Shown here: piece by piece, positions 1 to 14,171 of the stretch | Position numbering within the stretch: the first letter of the stretch is position 1 | Layout: every line of letters starts with the position of its first letter | From: the human T2T-CHM13v2.0 reference genome, Homo sapiens | Reading direction: 5' to 3' (one strand) | Assembly: GCF_009914755.1 (NCBI RefSeq) | Contig: NC_060926.1 | DNA length: 64,000 nt | Made by a program: the position numbers and the translations under genes | Notes under the pieces: model-generated | Databases searched by the model: none | Seen by the model: only the letters and a program-made list of their open reading frames with translations | Told to the model about the DNA's origin: nothing

Positions 1-121
1 TTTAGTTGAGACGGGGTTTCACCGTATTAGCCAGGATGGTCTCGATCTCCTGACCTCATGATCCGCCCGCCTCAGCCTCTTAAAGTGCTGAGATTACAGG
101 CTTGAGCCACCGCACCTGGCC
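1..121 (-). mobile_element. Alu (partial, window edge)
   Basis: Antisense Alu left arm. Confidence 0.9.
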
Positions 122-548
122 TTTCATCCACTTTTTTAGTTTTACTTTATTCTAACTAGTATATTGGAATTCTACATTGTGTAGTAGGGAAGTGTGTATG
201 AGTGTGTGCGAGAAAGATCTTTGTTTCCTTCATAGATTCTAATTTATTTCTGTATCTATACAAAGTCATGTTCTAATGATGTATGTTCATTCCCCCAAAA
301 AGCAGAAAATACAAGACTATAAAGAAAAAAATTAAGTTTATCCTTAATTCAGTACCACGTGAAATGACTACTGTTAACTTGGTGGGGATTCTCATTCATA
401 TTCTAGCTTGTTTTCTCCCTCTCTCTGGGGCAGATAAGTAAATGAGTATGGGGTCATGCTGCTCTGTAACCTGTTGGTGTTTTTTTTGTTTTTTTTTTTT
501 TAATTTTAAATTTTAACATCTTTTCATGTGCATATAGATCTCAATTTT

Positions 549-846
<298 letters not shown>

Positions 847-1837
847 TAAAGCCTGCCGTGGTTCTTCCATTTTATGGGTACATAATGATTAAACTAGTTC
901 AGTGGGATAACTTTTACTTCTAATTCTTTGCTGTTGTAAGTAACACTGCATGTACTTACCTTTGTGTACTTGTCTGTTTCCATAGGGTAAATTCCTGAAA
1001 GTATAATTCACAGGAAGTTGCAGAAATGAGTCAGAGGCCTTGCACCTTTTAAAACTCTTCAATAACATTTTGCCAAATTGCCCTCCAGTAAAGTTGTACC
1101 AATTTATTTTCCTACCAGTGGCGTATCTAAAAGCCTTTGCCTCTGATAAGAAGGAAGAATATTTTATCCTTTTAAGATTGTTACTATTACTATGAAATAG
1201 AATCTTTTGTAAGGTTTTTAATGTCTGACTTAGCCATTTGTATACTTCAGCATGTTACTATGTTTGTCTTTAAGTGTGCTTTCTATATTGAGGTTAGAAT
1301 TGCTACTAACTACTAAAAATTGGGGACAGTGAAGAGGGCAGCCCAGTCTTGTATCTCACCAAGTAAAGTCCTGTCCCTTCATGTGGAAGTAGCCTTCTTG
1401 TCACCTTGTTTCCTAACGTAAGGCCGGTTTGGATCTACTGAGTGCTTGAGTCCAGAGGAGGAGTGTTGGTAAGGGCTGTGAGTACTTCAAGGACATTGCA
1501 TAGAAGCACTAATGGGTATGTGAGCTGTCTTCTCGAGTCTTCTGAAATTGTACTTTTGTATCACTACTTTTTATCAGCAATTGCCTCTAGTGACAGTAAA
1601 ATAGTGCACTGATAGGTACCGTGGGAATATTGGATTTAAGTCAAGAGAGTTAATACGAAACCTCCTGAGGTTTTGGTGATCTCTGAAAAGGCCATTTGTA
1701 CTAATGTTTAGCTTACTAATTGCTTATTTTCCCACCCTGTTTTATTTTTTAATGGGAAAGCAGGCAGTGAAAAATCTCATAGCCTTAGTGCTACTTGAAG
1801 AGGTTATTATGGACTCTATCCTTAAAAATTTGAAGTC

Positions 1838-2097
1838 CTGTTACACGTTACTTAACAACAGGGATACATTCCAAAAAATGCATCATTAGGCGATTTCTTC
1901 CAGCCTGTTGCTCCTAGGCTACAAATCTGTGTAGCTTGTTACTATAGCGAATACTGTAGGCAGTTGGAACACAATGGCAAGTATTTGTTTATCTAAACAT
2001 AGAAAAGGTACAGCAAAAATATGGTATTGTATCTGTGGGACCACAGTTGTCTCTGTGGTCTGCTGTTGACCAAGACGTTATGTGGTGCGTGACTATA
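1838..2097 (-). mobile_element. Tigger3/MER7-like TcMar MITE
   Basis: tatctaaacatagaaaaggtacag..aaaaatatggtat and TIR-like end cgttatgtggtgcgtgacta. Confidence 0.7.
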
Positions 2098-3925
2098 GTT
2101 ACCTATGTCCTCACCCTGGGAGGGAAAGTTTAGTTTCTGATACTGTTATTAGTGAGGTGAGCATTAGGTGTGAACTTTGGGATACTGGTTACTACTTAAG
2201 TTGATCCTAACACTTAAATATTTTAACTTTAAAAAATTATTAAATGTAATTAAAGATGAAGTTGTTATCATTTGATCATATGTGGAAGTCAGGCTCCATA
2301 GTTTAGAATTAATATGCCTGGCCCCATGGGACATAGGGACTTCACCTCTCAACTCAGAGCCTTGATCTGAGAAGCTGTGCCAAGCCCCAGACCCTTTCCT
2401 CTGTGCTGTGCTCTTTTGGAGCCTCCACACTCCCACCACATACGGCTGCTCTGTACAGCCACACAGGATGAAGCACTTCTCAGAAGCCATAAGGAAACAG
2501 CTAAGAACTGAAACAAAACTCTGTACCTCCCTCCCAGACGAGTCAGCAGTAAGGGATGATCCGCATCTCTTTCTAGGCAAGTGAGTGGGCTTGTTATAAA
2601 GGGGGGCTGTTCTCTTATGCCTTTCTTCTTGACCATGATCTATAAAACAGTTGGCTACTTTTAATAAAGCAGTCTGCCCATGAAAAGTAATATGAGGCTA
2701 ACTGGTACATAGAAATGTAGCATCTGTGTCTTGGAACACCATGTTCAACTGAGGAAACTTCCCAGACAATTCAGTCAGTTAACAAAATCATCAGGTCATT
2801 CCATGTGTAAATTGCCATCATAAGCGCTTTCCAAAGCCCTTGAATGTGTTAGGGAGATGAGAGGTATGTGTGAAAGGTTATAGCACTTACAAGGTCAGCA
2901 ACTGAAATAAGGTCACAGCTGCTGTAGGCATCAGAGGAGGAGAGAGTCATGGGAGGGAGGAGAGTCTTCCTGGATGCAGGAGCTCTTAAGAGTGGAAAGA
3001 AGGAGTGTGAGCATTCAGGCTTTTATGTTAGCTTGAGTAGAGACAGAGATGTCCAGGGTGAGAGAAGGAATGTAGATGACAGGGCAAAAGAGAATTGAAG
3101 ACCTTTATTTGGAGTTTGAGATCTTAAAGAAATGGAATGGGTCTTAGGGGTCATCTGGTCCAGTTCCCTTAATTATCGGATGGTCCAGTAAGACCCAACA
3201 GGTTTCCATGAGGCCACAGAACTGGCACAATTGCACAGGGGGTACCTGAGTCAAAGCTAACCTCCTTTTTGTTTGGGAGCCCTTTCTCCAGTGCACAGAG
3301 AGAGCCATCAGCCTTGGAACTAAGTAGGATGCCCCTTACCTGTGAAGAAAAGGCAAAAAGATTATTGATGAACTTATCAGACTTACAGAATGGTTTAGAA
3401 GAGTGCCTTTCACCCAGCCTCCCTAAATGTTAACGTCTTTTATAACCACAGGGCAATGATCAAAATCCAAAAAATAACATTGGTATAATACTATTAACTA
3501 ATGCACAGGCCTTTTTCAAGTTTCATCAGTTGTCCTACTCATGTCCTTTTTCTGAACCAAAATCTAATTCAGGATCACACGTTACATGTAAGGAGTCGTA
3601 ACATCTCCCTAGGTCTCCTTTAATCTGAAACAGTTCCTCAGTCTTTCTTATGACTTTTATGACCCTTGGTACTTCTGAGAAATACTAGTCAGCTATTTTA
3701 TAGAGTGTCCCTTGATTTAGGTTTGCCTGATGTTTCTTCATGATTCAATGTCGATTATGCATTTGCAAGAATACCACAGAAGTGAAGTACCCTTTTCATT
3801 GCATCAGTTCAGGAGGCAGTGATGTCAATAGTCTCATTACTGATGATGGTCAGTAACATCATTTGGTTAAGGTGGTGTCTACTGGAAAATTACTATTTTT
3901 CCTTTTGTCATTAATAAGTATCTTG

Positions 3926-4257
<332 letters not shown>

Positions 4258-4984
4258 TCAGGTGATTCTGAGTGTGTTGACAAGTTTGAGATAGGATGCA
4301 GAAATACATCAAGATGTAGTGAAGAAGTTGAGAATGTTTTAATTAGAAAGTCTTATGTTAATATAGGAGGAGTGAAGCTAGATGTTCAGATAAAGGAGTA
4401 AAGAGAGACTAATGGCTCTTGAGGAAAGTGGAGCCGTCTTGAAATATGTGCTGCTGGGAGTTACTGGTTGGAAATCAGCCCGGTTTAAAGGATTGTTTCT
4501 GAGCTGCTTTGAAGTCGAATGGCATGGTGTATTGGTGAACCGAATGTGCACAAGTTCCATCACTTTTTCTACAGTGCTCAGAAATTTGGGAGCTCAAGTA
4601 GAGAAAGATTTGAATAAAGCACATTTAAGATTATGTAGGGGAGCCAAGAGACCTTGAGCTGCTCGCATGAGTGGCACTGAAATGTGCAGGCTTGGCAGGA
4701 CCTGGAATGTGGTCATTAAGGGTTCAGTGGATTAGGTGACATGATGATTCAGCAGCTTGAAAAGGATACAGTGTTTGGAGGAGCTGTAAGTGTGAATACC
4801 TTACTCAGTAGGTGTGAGGGGACCAATGGGGTGGTAGGAGATGAGAAGGATGTGGTTACAAGGGCAGAGAATATATTGACACAATGCCTGCAGGCCAGAG
4901 GTGGGGCCCTAGGCATAGTCCCTAATGCAAGCTGCTATGAAGGGAACCAAGTCAAAACTAAACAAGAACAACCAAGGTTTTGTG

Positions 4985-5291
4985 TTTTGTTTTGTTTTTT
5001 TCCTTCTTGAAACACAGTCTCGCTCTGTCACCCAGGCTGGAGTGCAGTGGCTCAATCTCGGCTCACTGCAACCTCTGTCTCCAAGGTTCAAGATAGTCTC
5101 GTGACTCAGCCTCCCAAGTAGCCAGGGCTACAGGCTCATGCCACTGCACCCAGCTAATTTTTGCATTTTTTAGTAGAGACGGGGTTTCACCAAGTTGGCC
5201 AGGTTGGTCTCGAACTCCTGACCTCAGGTGGTCCGCCCGGCTCGGCCTCTGAAAGTGCTAGGATTACAGGCATGAGCCACCACTCCCGGCC
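4985..5291 (-). mobile_element. AluS-like
   Basis: Antisense Alu dimer; TSD-like acaaccaag. Confidence 0.9.
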
Positions 5292-5915
5292 ACAACCAAG
5301 TTTATCTGTTGTGTGTGTGTCATCTTCAGTTAGTAAATACTTGCTAAATTGCCTTCTCTTGTGAAACACTTATTAAAATTTTCTGATCATCTTTTGGTAA
5401 TATTTGGATATATTTTTCAAGCTTTTTGTTTAATCAGCTTATAATTGTCCATGGTTATTTGGTTATTTGTTAGAAATCTTTAAAATGTGGGAGGGGGGAT
5501 GTCTCGTGGGGAGGGCTGAAAAAGGAGAAATGGAAGAAGAAATCAATGAGTACCAACATAATGATCATTTTGATCTATATAATTTACCTCATCTTTTTTT
5601 TTCTTTTTTAAATAAAAGTAGAATGTGAATTGTGAGAAAAAATATTCAAGCAAGTCTGAAATGGAGCAAATACTCTTCTTACTCCACCCCACAGGTAGAC
5701 GACCATACTGAGTTTGATGTGTATTCTCCCAGAGTATTTTCTCTGTGAGACCATAGGGAATTACGTTGTAAATTGAGCACAAGGCAAATCACAACCAAAC
5801 TTAACCTTTGAAAACCCTTTAATTGTCCATACAGAGCAGTAAACAGTGTGGCCGTACTGTGACTCAAGATTTCCAACACCGCAAGTATTTCCTCCAACAT
5901 TGAAACAGACTGCTG

Positions 5916-6263
5916 TTTCTTTCTTTCTTTCTTTCTTTTTTTTTTTTTTTTTTTTTTGAGAAGAAGGGAGTCTCCCTCTCTGTCGCCCAGGCTGGAGTGC
6001 AGTGGTGGCTCACTGCAAGCTCCGCCTCCTGGGTTCACGCCATTCTCCTGCCTCAGCCTCCTGAGTAGCTGGCACTACAGGCGCTGACCACCACGCCTGG
6101 CTAATTTTTTGTTTTTGTTTTTGTTTTTGTTTTTGTTTTTGTTTTTAGTAGAGACGGGGTTTCACCATGTTAGCCAGGATGGTCTCGATCTCCTGACCTC
6201 GTGATTCGCCCGCCTCGGCCTCCAAGGTGTTGGGATTACAGGCGTGAGCCACTGCGCCCGGCC
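5916..6263 (-). mobile_element. AluY-like with (TTTTTG)n linker expansion
   Basis: gggttcacgccattctc diagnostic; TSD cagactgct.tttcttt. Confidence 0.9.
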
Positions 6264-6558
6264 CAGACTGCTCTTTCTTTAGTGGAGCACCAGATGCAGT
6301 AGTTGGCTTTCATTGGGCTCAGCTTGGGGACTTGTCCACACTATGAGCTGTGTGTGCACACTGAGACCCAAGCTCTGGACATATGCTCATTAAGTGAAAT
6401 GGCCAGCATTGAATCACTCAGCCAGTCTCTTTCCTTGTTCAGTGCTGTAACTCTTTGTTAGGAAGACATCTGCTTGTAATTCTTTAGCTGGCTCCCTTCC
6501 TTTGAACTGCAGTTATTTTTTCACATCTCAGGTGATTTATTTCGTTGCCCGTTCTTAG

Positions 6559-6944
<386 letters not shown>

Positions 6945-7084
6945 TGCCTCAATTAAACACTTTTAAGGAATCCCTTGACTTCATGGTATGATAACATCAC
7001 ATTTCTCTACATCCATTTGTAATCTGAATTTTAAACCCTGTGATCAGGAATGCTGATTTTCAGCCATTCATCAATAATGTATGA

Positions 7085-8720
7085 AGCATTTTAAGCAACA
7101 GCAATGTCTTAGTCATATTTATGTTATGAAAAGATAATTCTAGGTGTGATGTGGAGAATGCATCCCCATTAGGCCCCCTGCAATCCAAAGAAACCAGTCA
7201 GTACACGATATATTAATCTAGGCAAGAGTTATGGGAACTTTGATTTGGGTGGTGATGGTAGACGGGGATAAATGGATGGATTTGGGAGTCAGTGATGAGT
7301 TAGCTATTGGGGCGAGGTGAAGAGGGGAGAGTTGAAGATGACTCCTAAATTTCTGACGTGTAGTAACATCATCAGTGGTATCATTACATGAAACGGAACA
7401 AGGCAGGATATCAGGCACTAGGGCGAGATCTTGAGTTCTATTTTAGATGTATTCGATTTGAGGTACCTTGAGACATTACGAGTGGAGACATTTTGAGAAG
7501 GCTGCCCAGTGGTACTGATAAGGCCTGGGAGAAAAGAACTGGATTAGAGATAGGAATCTATGAGGCATCTGCATTTAACTGTTAATTAAAGCAGTGGGTG
7601 TGGATGAGATCACTTAAGAGTCTAGAGAATAAGAAGAGGAAGCCCTAGTACCCTGCCTTGCGGGATTCCCTGTGTTTAAATGGCCTAGCCAAGGTGAATG
7701 AGGCAAAAAGGAGACAGAGAAGGAGCAACCAGAGAGTTAGGAGGGAAAATAAGGATGGTGGTGAGTCACGGAGGACCAGAAGAATGGTTTTCAGAGGCGG
7801 GTGTAATCAGCAATTCCGAATCCTGTGGAAAGTTCAGGTGTAATTGTTGGGAATGAAGTTTTTGGTGTCGGGAAAAAGAGAAAAAAAGAATTAACGCGGG
7901 AAGAAATGATCTCTCAGCAGAGAGAGCTTTACTTTCTGCAGAAAGGGTGCTACTCAATAGTTGTCTGGCCACGAGAGCACACCGAACAAAGGAGACAGAG
8001 TTATTTATAACCTGACGTGTTTACCCTACTGCTGTGTCCAGTTTCCATTGGCTGGGATAGGACCTCACATTTTACACTTTATCCTATTGGCTATTAGTTT
8101 AAAACTTTCTTAAATAGGTAAGGGGAACAGAACAAAGAAAAGGAAGTTGTCCAGGACTAGTTAAGGAAGCATCTCCAAATAAGGAATGGCATGCACTGTG
8201 GGCTCCGGTGTGCCTAATTCTGTCCAGGCATGCTGGAGCAAGCTAGGAGAGCTGATTTGGAATACATACATATACACACTAATAGTGCACAGCAATCTTA
8301 TAGTAAGAAATTGTGACTTTTCATAATCTTTGAAAAAGAACTTCCCCATTTCTCACAGTAATAAAGACACACAATTGTATTTAATGACATGCAGGTCAGT
8401 GACTAGCCAAAAGGATTGGGCTGAAGAGTGAGTGAGGAAAAAGACTTGGACTATGGTAAATACAGGCAAATGTTTTGAGAGGTTTAATTATGAGGTGTGG
8501 GTAGTAGCTGGGCAGGGGCGCGTGGGCAGGGGGGCAGGGGGGCAGGGGGCGGTTGTGGAATCTAAGGAGGGCCTATTCGATTTTGTCAAATGGAGTCTTA
8601 ATCAGGTTTAAAACTGATAGGAAGAAATTAGGTGAGGGGAGATTGACTCTGTGAGGAGGAGGTGAGGTAACAGGCAGGGTGAGTTCCTAAGAACGCATGG
8701 GGGTGGGGAGATCCAAAAGC
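7085..8720 (-). mobile_element. L2 LINE remnant split by the solo LTR
   Basis: Typical antisense-L2 phrases (gatgactcctaaatttctg, gagttctattttagatgt, ggatgagatcac) on both sides of the LTR. Confidence 0.6.
7845..8357 (-). mobile_element. Solo ERV LTR (family not assigned), 513 bp
   Basis: TG...CA termini with imperfect inverted repeat and perfect 5-bp TSD GTAAT (7840-7844, 8358-8362); minus-strand CCAAT x2, TATAAAT and AGTAAA in LTR order. Confidence 0.85.
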
Positions 8721-8849
8721 AGATGAGGATTAATGTAGGTGGCGGGTGCAGTATCAGCTGGTGAGGGAATTCCTTCTGAAAGAGAAGGGGGCTTTATACA
8801 GAGTCCACAATGCCATTCAATTCAGAAGTACAACAAATAGCTTTCTCTC

Positions 8850-9439
<590 letters not shown>

Positions 9440-10049
9440 ATAAATAGCTTTCTAATTATGTTCCTGTCTCTCTCTTTCCTTCCTTTTTTTGGGGGGTGGG
9501 GTGGGGATGGGGGGAACAGCTTTATTGAGATATAATTTACATGCCGTATAGTTCACCCATTTGAAGGGTACAATTCAGTGGTTTTTAATTTATTCACAAA
9601 TATGTGTAACCATAACCACAGTTAATTTTAGGACATTTTGTCACCTCACAAACCTGTACCCTTTAGTTATTCACCTCCCTTCTTTCTTACTCATCTTTTG
9701 CTGTCAGAATAGAATATGGTCTGAATTCAAATTTGAAAATCATATAATAAAGTATAAACTGAGGTACATGAAGAATTGTTAAGAGCTTTAAAACTTTGAT
9801 CTAACCAGAGAAGCAAAGGAGGCTGAGGCCTCCTACTTAGGGTCACTGGTGTAGAATCAATAGATAATGCATTCACAAAACCTATTAGGTATCAGATTCT
9901 TCCTGTCAAAGAGAATTATCTGAAGAATAGAGATAGTAAAATGGAGTAGAAAACCCAATACATGCAGATAGATTGTAAGAGAACACCTACTATTGCTAAA
10001 TGATTTTCTCTTGGCCCAGAAAAATTACATTCTGGGTTACTGAATTTGC

Positions 10050-11230
10050 ATATGGGATGATGAACTACCATCAGATCTCCAAGGCATTACCGATAATGAA
10101 GTGTAGTAACAGCAGGCTGGAAAAGGTAGACTCGGCTTAGCATTGATACTGAGGGGGATTATTAGGAGGATGACTTACAAGCATTTAGAAAAGAATGTCA
10201 TAGTCAGTAGATATTAGTGTAGGTGTAGTAAAAAGGTCAGACCAAATAACTTCATTTTCTCATGGTCAGGAAATAGGGAAGAAATAGTATAATTTAATTT
10301 TATCAAGGTATTTGACCAAAAAAACCTTTGGAATATAACTTGGAAATAGTTGCATATATACATGACTGAGCAGCCCTGCTCCAAGATTTGTAGTAGATCA
10401 TTACTGAAAGGAGCGTGATGATTCAAAGATATGATGGGCTCTATTCATGCGTCATTCCTTTCCAGCATTTTAGTCAATGATTGAGGCAGGTCATGGGAGA
10501 CATACATATGAGATTTTCATATGTATGTGAGAGCGTTTAGCTAATACATTGGATGTCCATCAGAATCCAGAGTTACTGCCATAATCTTGAATGATGGGCT
10601 GATGAGATTAAATTAAATAGAAAAATTGAAGTCTTCATTGCAGTGTCATTCGCCCCAGTTTAAGAATAACATTTGGAAAGACCTGTCTTTACCAAGCAGT
10701 ACCTGTGAAAGCCAAAGACATTTTGTTCACTGTAAGCTCTCTCTGACTCAATTATACAATATAATTGCAAAAATTCTTAGAAGGTAGCCTTGGGCTGCAC
10801 TAACATTTGTAATGGAGGAGTGGTGGTCTGGTGTCTTCTGCATTGTACCATTCTGGATAGGGCTGAATGTTAGCTCTGCCTTTCTTAGGAGGTTAATCAA
10901 AGAACCTGAGGGGAGGTTTTCTGGAGAAGATGACAATTTAGGGAAGATAGGCAGGCTGCCCTCAAGAGATTTATGTGGAAGAGAAGTTAAAATATTGCCT
11001 GATCTGCAGTACAAACCCAGGGCCAGTAGACAGTGTAGTGAAGCAATGTTTGTCTCGTAAATTTGTCTAACAACTATCTGATTCTGAATTCAGCTCATCC
11101 TGCATTACTGGACACTGGAAATATTTAAGGTAAAGTCATGTGATTTGATAGGAAGCTTAGAAGGTTACATAACTGAATACCATGAGACTATATGATCCTC
11201 TAAGTACTGCTTAACGCTGAGGTTTTGTGA
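10050..11230 (+). mobile_element. Second CR1/L3 remnant
   Basis: L3-like phrases aagcatttagaaaagaa, ttttatcaaggtatttgac, ccagcattttagtcaatga, cagtacctgtgaaag in the expected order; highly diverged. Confidence 0.55.
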
Positions 11231-13480
11231 ATCTGTGCAAAGTAATCTTGAAGTATATTTCTGATCATAAATGCTTCACTTTATATAAGTTTTTATAGCC
11301 TTTATGTTATGTCTCTTTAATACTCTACTTGGGTCTCCTTTGTTGGTTTATTAGCTATAAATCTTTGATTTTGTTTTTCGGTTTTTTTTTTTTTTAAGTG
11401 GTTGCTTTAGGGCTTATAGTATACACCTTTAACTTACTATAGTCTATCTTCAGGAAATATACTACTTCAGTTATTATAAGAACCTGACAACATTATACCT
11501 GTGTACCTCCATTACACCTCTTTGAGCTATTGTTGCCATATTTTTTGTTCTACATATGTTATAACCCCAGAATACGTTGTTATTTTTGCTTTAAAGAGCC
11601 AATTCTCTTTTAAATAAAAGGGAAAATTTTGTTTAATACTGTCTTCATTGCTTTTCATTTCTTTGTGAAGAATCATTTTTCTTCAGCCAGTAGGACTTCC
11701 TTAAATATTTCACGAAGTACAAGTCTTCTGGTGATGAAATATTTCTACTTTTCTGTGTCTCAAAAACTCTATTCCGCCTTTGTTTTTCAAAGGTATTTCT
11801 GCTGTGGTGTAAAATTTTAGAATGACAATTTGGTTGTGTTTTTCAGTATTTTAACAATGTTCCTCCACTATCTTTTGACTTGCATCATTCCTGTCAAGAA
11901 GTCTGTTGTCATTCTTTGATTCTTTGTCCATAGTATTTTTTCCCTCTGGCTACTTTTAAGATTCTTTATCACTGAATTTAAGCAATTTGATTATTCTGTG
12001 CCTTGGTATTGTCTTCTTGTTTCTCATGCTTGGGATTTTTCAATGTTTTGGCTCTATGGAATTACAATTTTTATTAAATTTGGAAAACATTCGTCCATTA
12101 TGTCTTCAAATAGTTTGTCTGCCCTTCCACCTCTTTTGGGGGCTGCAGTTACACATCTGTGAGGTTGCTTAAAGTTATCCCCTAGCTCACTAATGAGATG
12201 TCCCTTTTTCCCCCCTAAGTTTCATTTTAGATAGTTTTTAGGCTCTCTCTTTGTGTTTACTAACCTATTCTTATCTACTATCTAATCTGCTGTTAATCCC
12301 ATCTGGTATAATTTTTATCTTAGACCTTGTAGTTTTATTTCTAAGTGTTTCATTCAGGTGTTTTTTTATGCCTTTCATTCCTCTACTTAACATGGTACAT
12401 GTTAGTGATAGATAACTATTTGTAGTTGTAGTAACTATTTTAATGTCCTTATTGAGTATTTTAATGTCCTTGTTGAGTAATTCTGCCATCTGTGCCATTT
12501 CCACAGCTGTTTCTGTTGATTAGTTCTTCTTCTTATTAGTCGTGTTTTCCGGTTTTGGTCCTTTCCAGGATTGCTGTTAAGCTTTGTTGGGCAGGACCAG
12601 ATCAGAGTTTGGCCTAGGATTAATTTTGTATGCCTACTGAGGCAAAACCCCCTGAGTACTTTGCTTGATGACTAGTGAATATGAGGTTTTCCATTAGGCT
12701 GGTAGGAAACAGGAGCTATTTCCAGCCCCATGTGAGCTCCAAGGTTCTGGTTCCTAGCCTTGGCTACTTTCCTTACCCATGTGTGGTTATCAGTACTCAG
12801 TTGAAGACATGAGTGGGCTCTGCAGGTCTCTGCCATGCTCTTTCTGGGCAGCTCTTTCCTCTCTGCCACTCTGCCCTGTTGTAAACTCTAGTCTTCTTGG
12901 CCTCCCTGGGTTGCCAGGTCTGCCTCTTCAACTAATGGAGAACACCTCTTCTGGCTGGCTCCCCCGTCCTGGTGCTGTGGCCTAGCAAGAAGGTAGGGTA
13001 ATTATGAAGTTTCCCTCATTTGTTTCCTTCTCTCAGGGATCACTGTCCTGTACTGCCTGAAGTCCACTGTTTCAAAGTCATTGTTTTGGCCAGGCACGGT
13101 GGCTCACACCTGTAATCCCAGCACAAGTTGGGCAGATCGCTTGAGCCCAGGAGTTTGAGACCAGCCTGAGCAAGATGGCAAAACCCCATCTCTACTAAAA
13201 ATACAAAAATCGGCCTGGCATGGTGGCACACACCTGTGGGAAACCCAGCTACCCAGGAGGCTAAGGAGGATCTTAGCTACCCAGGAGGATCGATTAAATC
13301 CAGGAAGTTGAGTCGGCAGTGAGCTGTGATCTCACCACTGCACTCCAGGCCTGGGCGACAGCACGAGACCCTGTCTCAAAAAAAAAAAATGTCGTTTTAT
13401 GTATCTTATCCTACTCATTAGTCTTTTTCATGGGGAAAGGTAAATCTGGCCCTTCTCTATCTTGAGCAGAAGTAGAAGCT
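11230..13480 (-). mobile_element. Old L1M-type fragments (antisense) containing an Alu
   Basis: T-rich antisense L1M phrases (ttcctccactatctt, agcaatttgattatt, taatctgctgttaatcccatc). Confidence 0.6.
13088..13389 (+). mobile_element. AluJ-like
   Basis: Alu dimer with polyA and a small internal duplication. Confidence 0.88.
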
Positions 13481-14006
13481 CTTTAGTGACTTTATATCTA
13501 TCACTAACACCTTAGCTTTGCACTCACCCATTTTCTGCTCTCTTCCCTTATTTCCTCCACACCTTTTCTGTGATAAGACTTGTACTTTCCCTTCTCCCTC
13601 ATCCCTAGCTCATGCCATTCCTTATCCTCCATACTTGCTTGTCAGAATCTCTTCATTCTTAGGGATCAGCCCAGTTGCCTCTTTGGTGATGTTTCCCTCC
13701 CACTTGAGGAAGTGAACCTTTCTCCCTGTTTTGTTTCTGCCATAGATAAACATGGTTTTCAGTGTTTGGGTGTCTGTGTTGTGCACATGCTGGCCTTCCT
13801 GTGGTGTATGCATGTTGGTCCCCATGTGCACGCAGACATAGCGCCCAGCTCCTGAGGGCAAGGATGGAGCTTGCCCACTTTGCTTCTTGTTCATAGGTCC
13901 ATGGGTCTGTAATATAGAGAGGTGATTTGACAAATTTTGACGTGTTATATGTTTGTTAAAATGAATTGTTTTTTCTCCTCTTCCCAACTCCTCTCTCTAA
14001 AATTAG

Positions 14007-14171
14007 GCTACAGAAGAAGTTTCCAAAAATCTGGTTGCCATGAAAGAAATTCTGTATGGCACAAATGAAAAAGAGCCTCAGACAGAAGCAGTAGCTCAAC
14101 TTGCTCAAGAACTCTATAATAGTGGGCTCCTTAGCACCCTGGTAGCTGATTTACAGCTCATTGACTTTGAG
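14007..14171 (+). CDS. CAB39: CAB39/MO25-alpha coding exon 3 (165 nt, phase 0/0)
   Basis: ctctctctaaaattag|GCTACA...TTTGAG|gtaaga; encodes [18 protein letters not shown]...LQLIDFE (55 aa), recognised as MO25-alpha. Confidence 0.97.

Noticed and set aside
12436-12477. 21-bp tandem duplication (similar small ones at ~18962-19000 and ~63411-63456)
   Set aside because: Two-copy slippage duplications, mostly within old repeats, with no spacer structure or motif suggesting function
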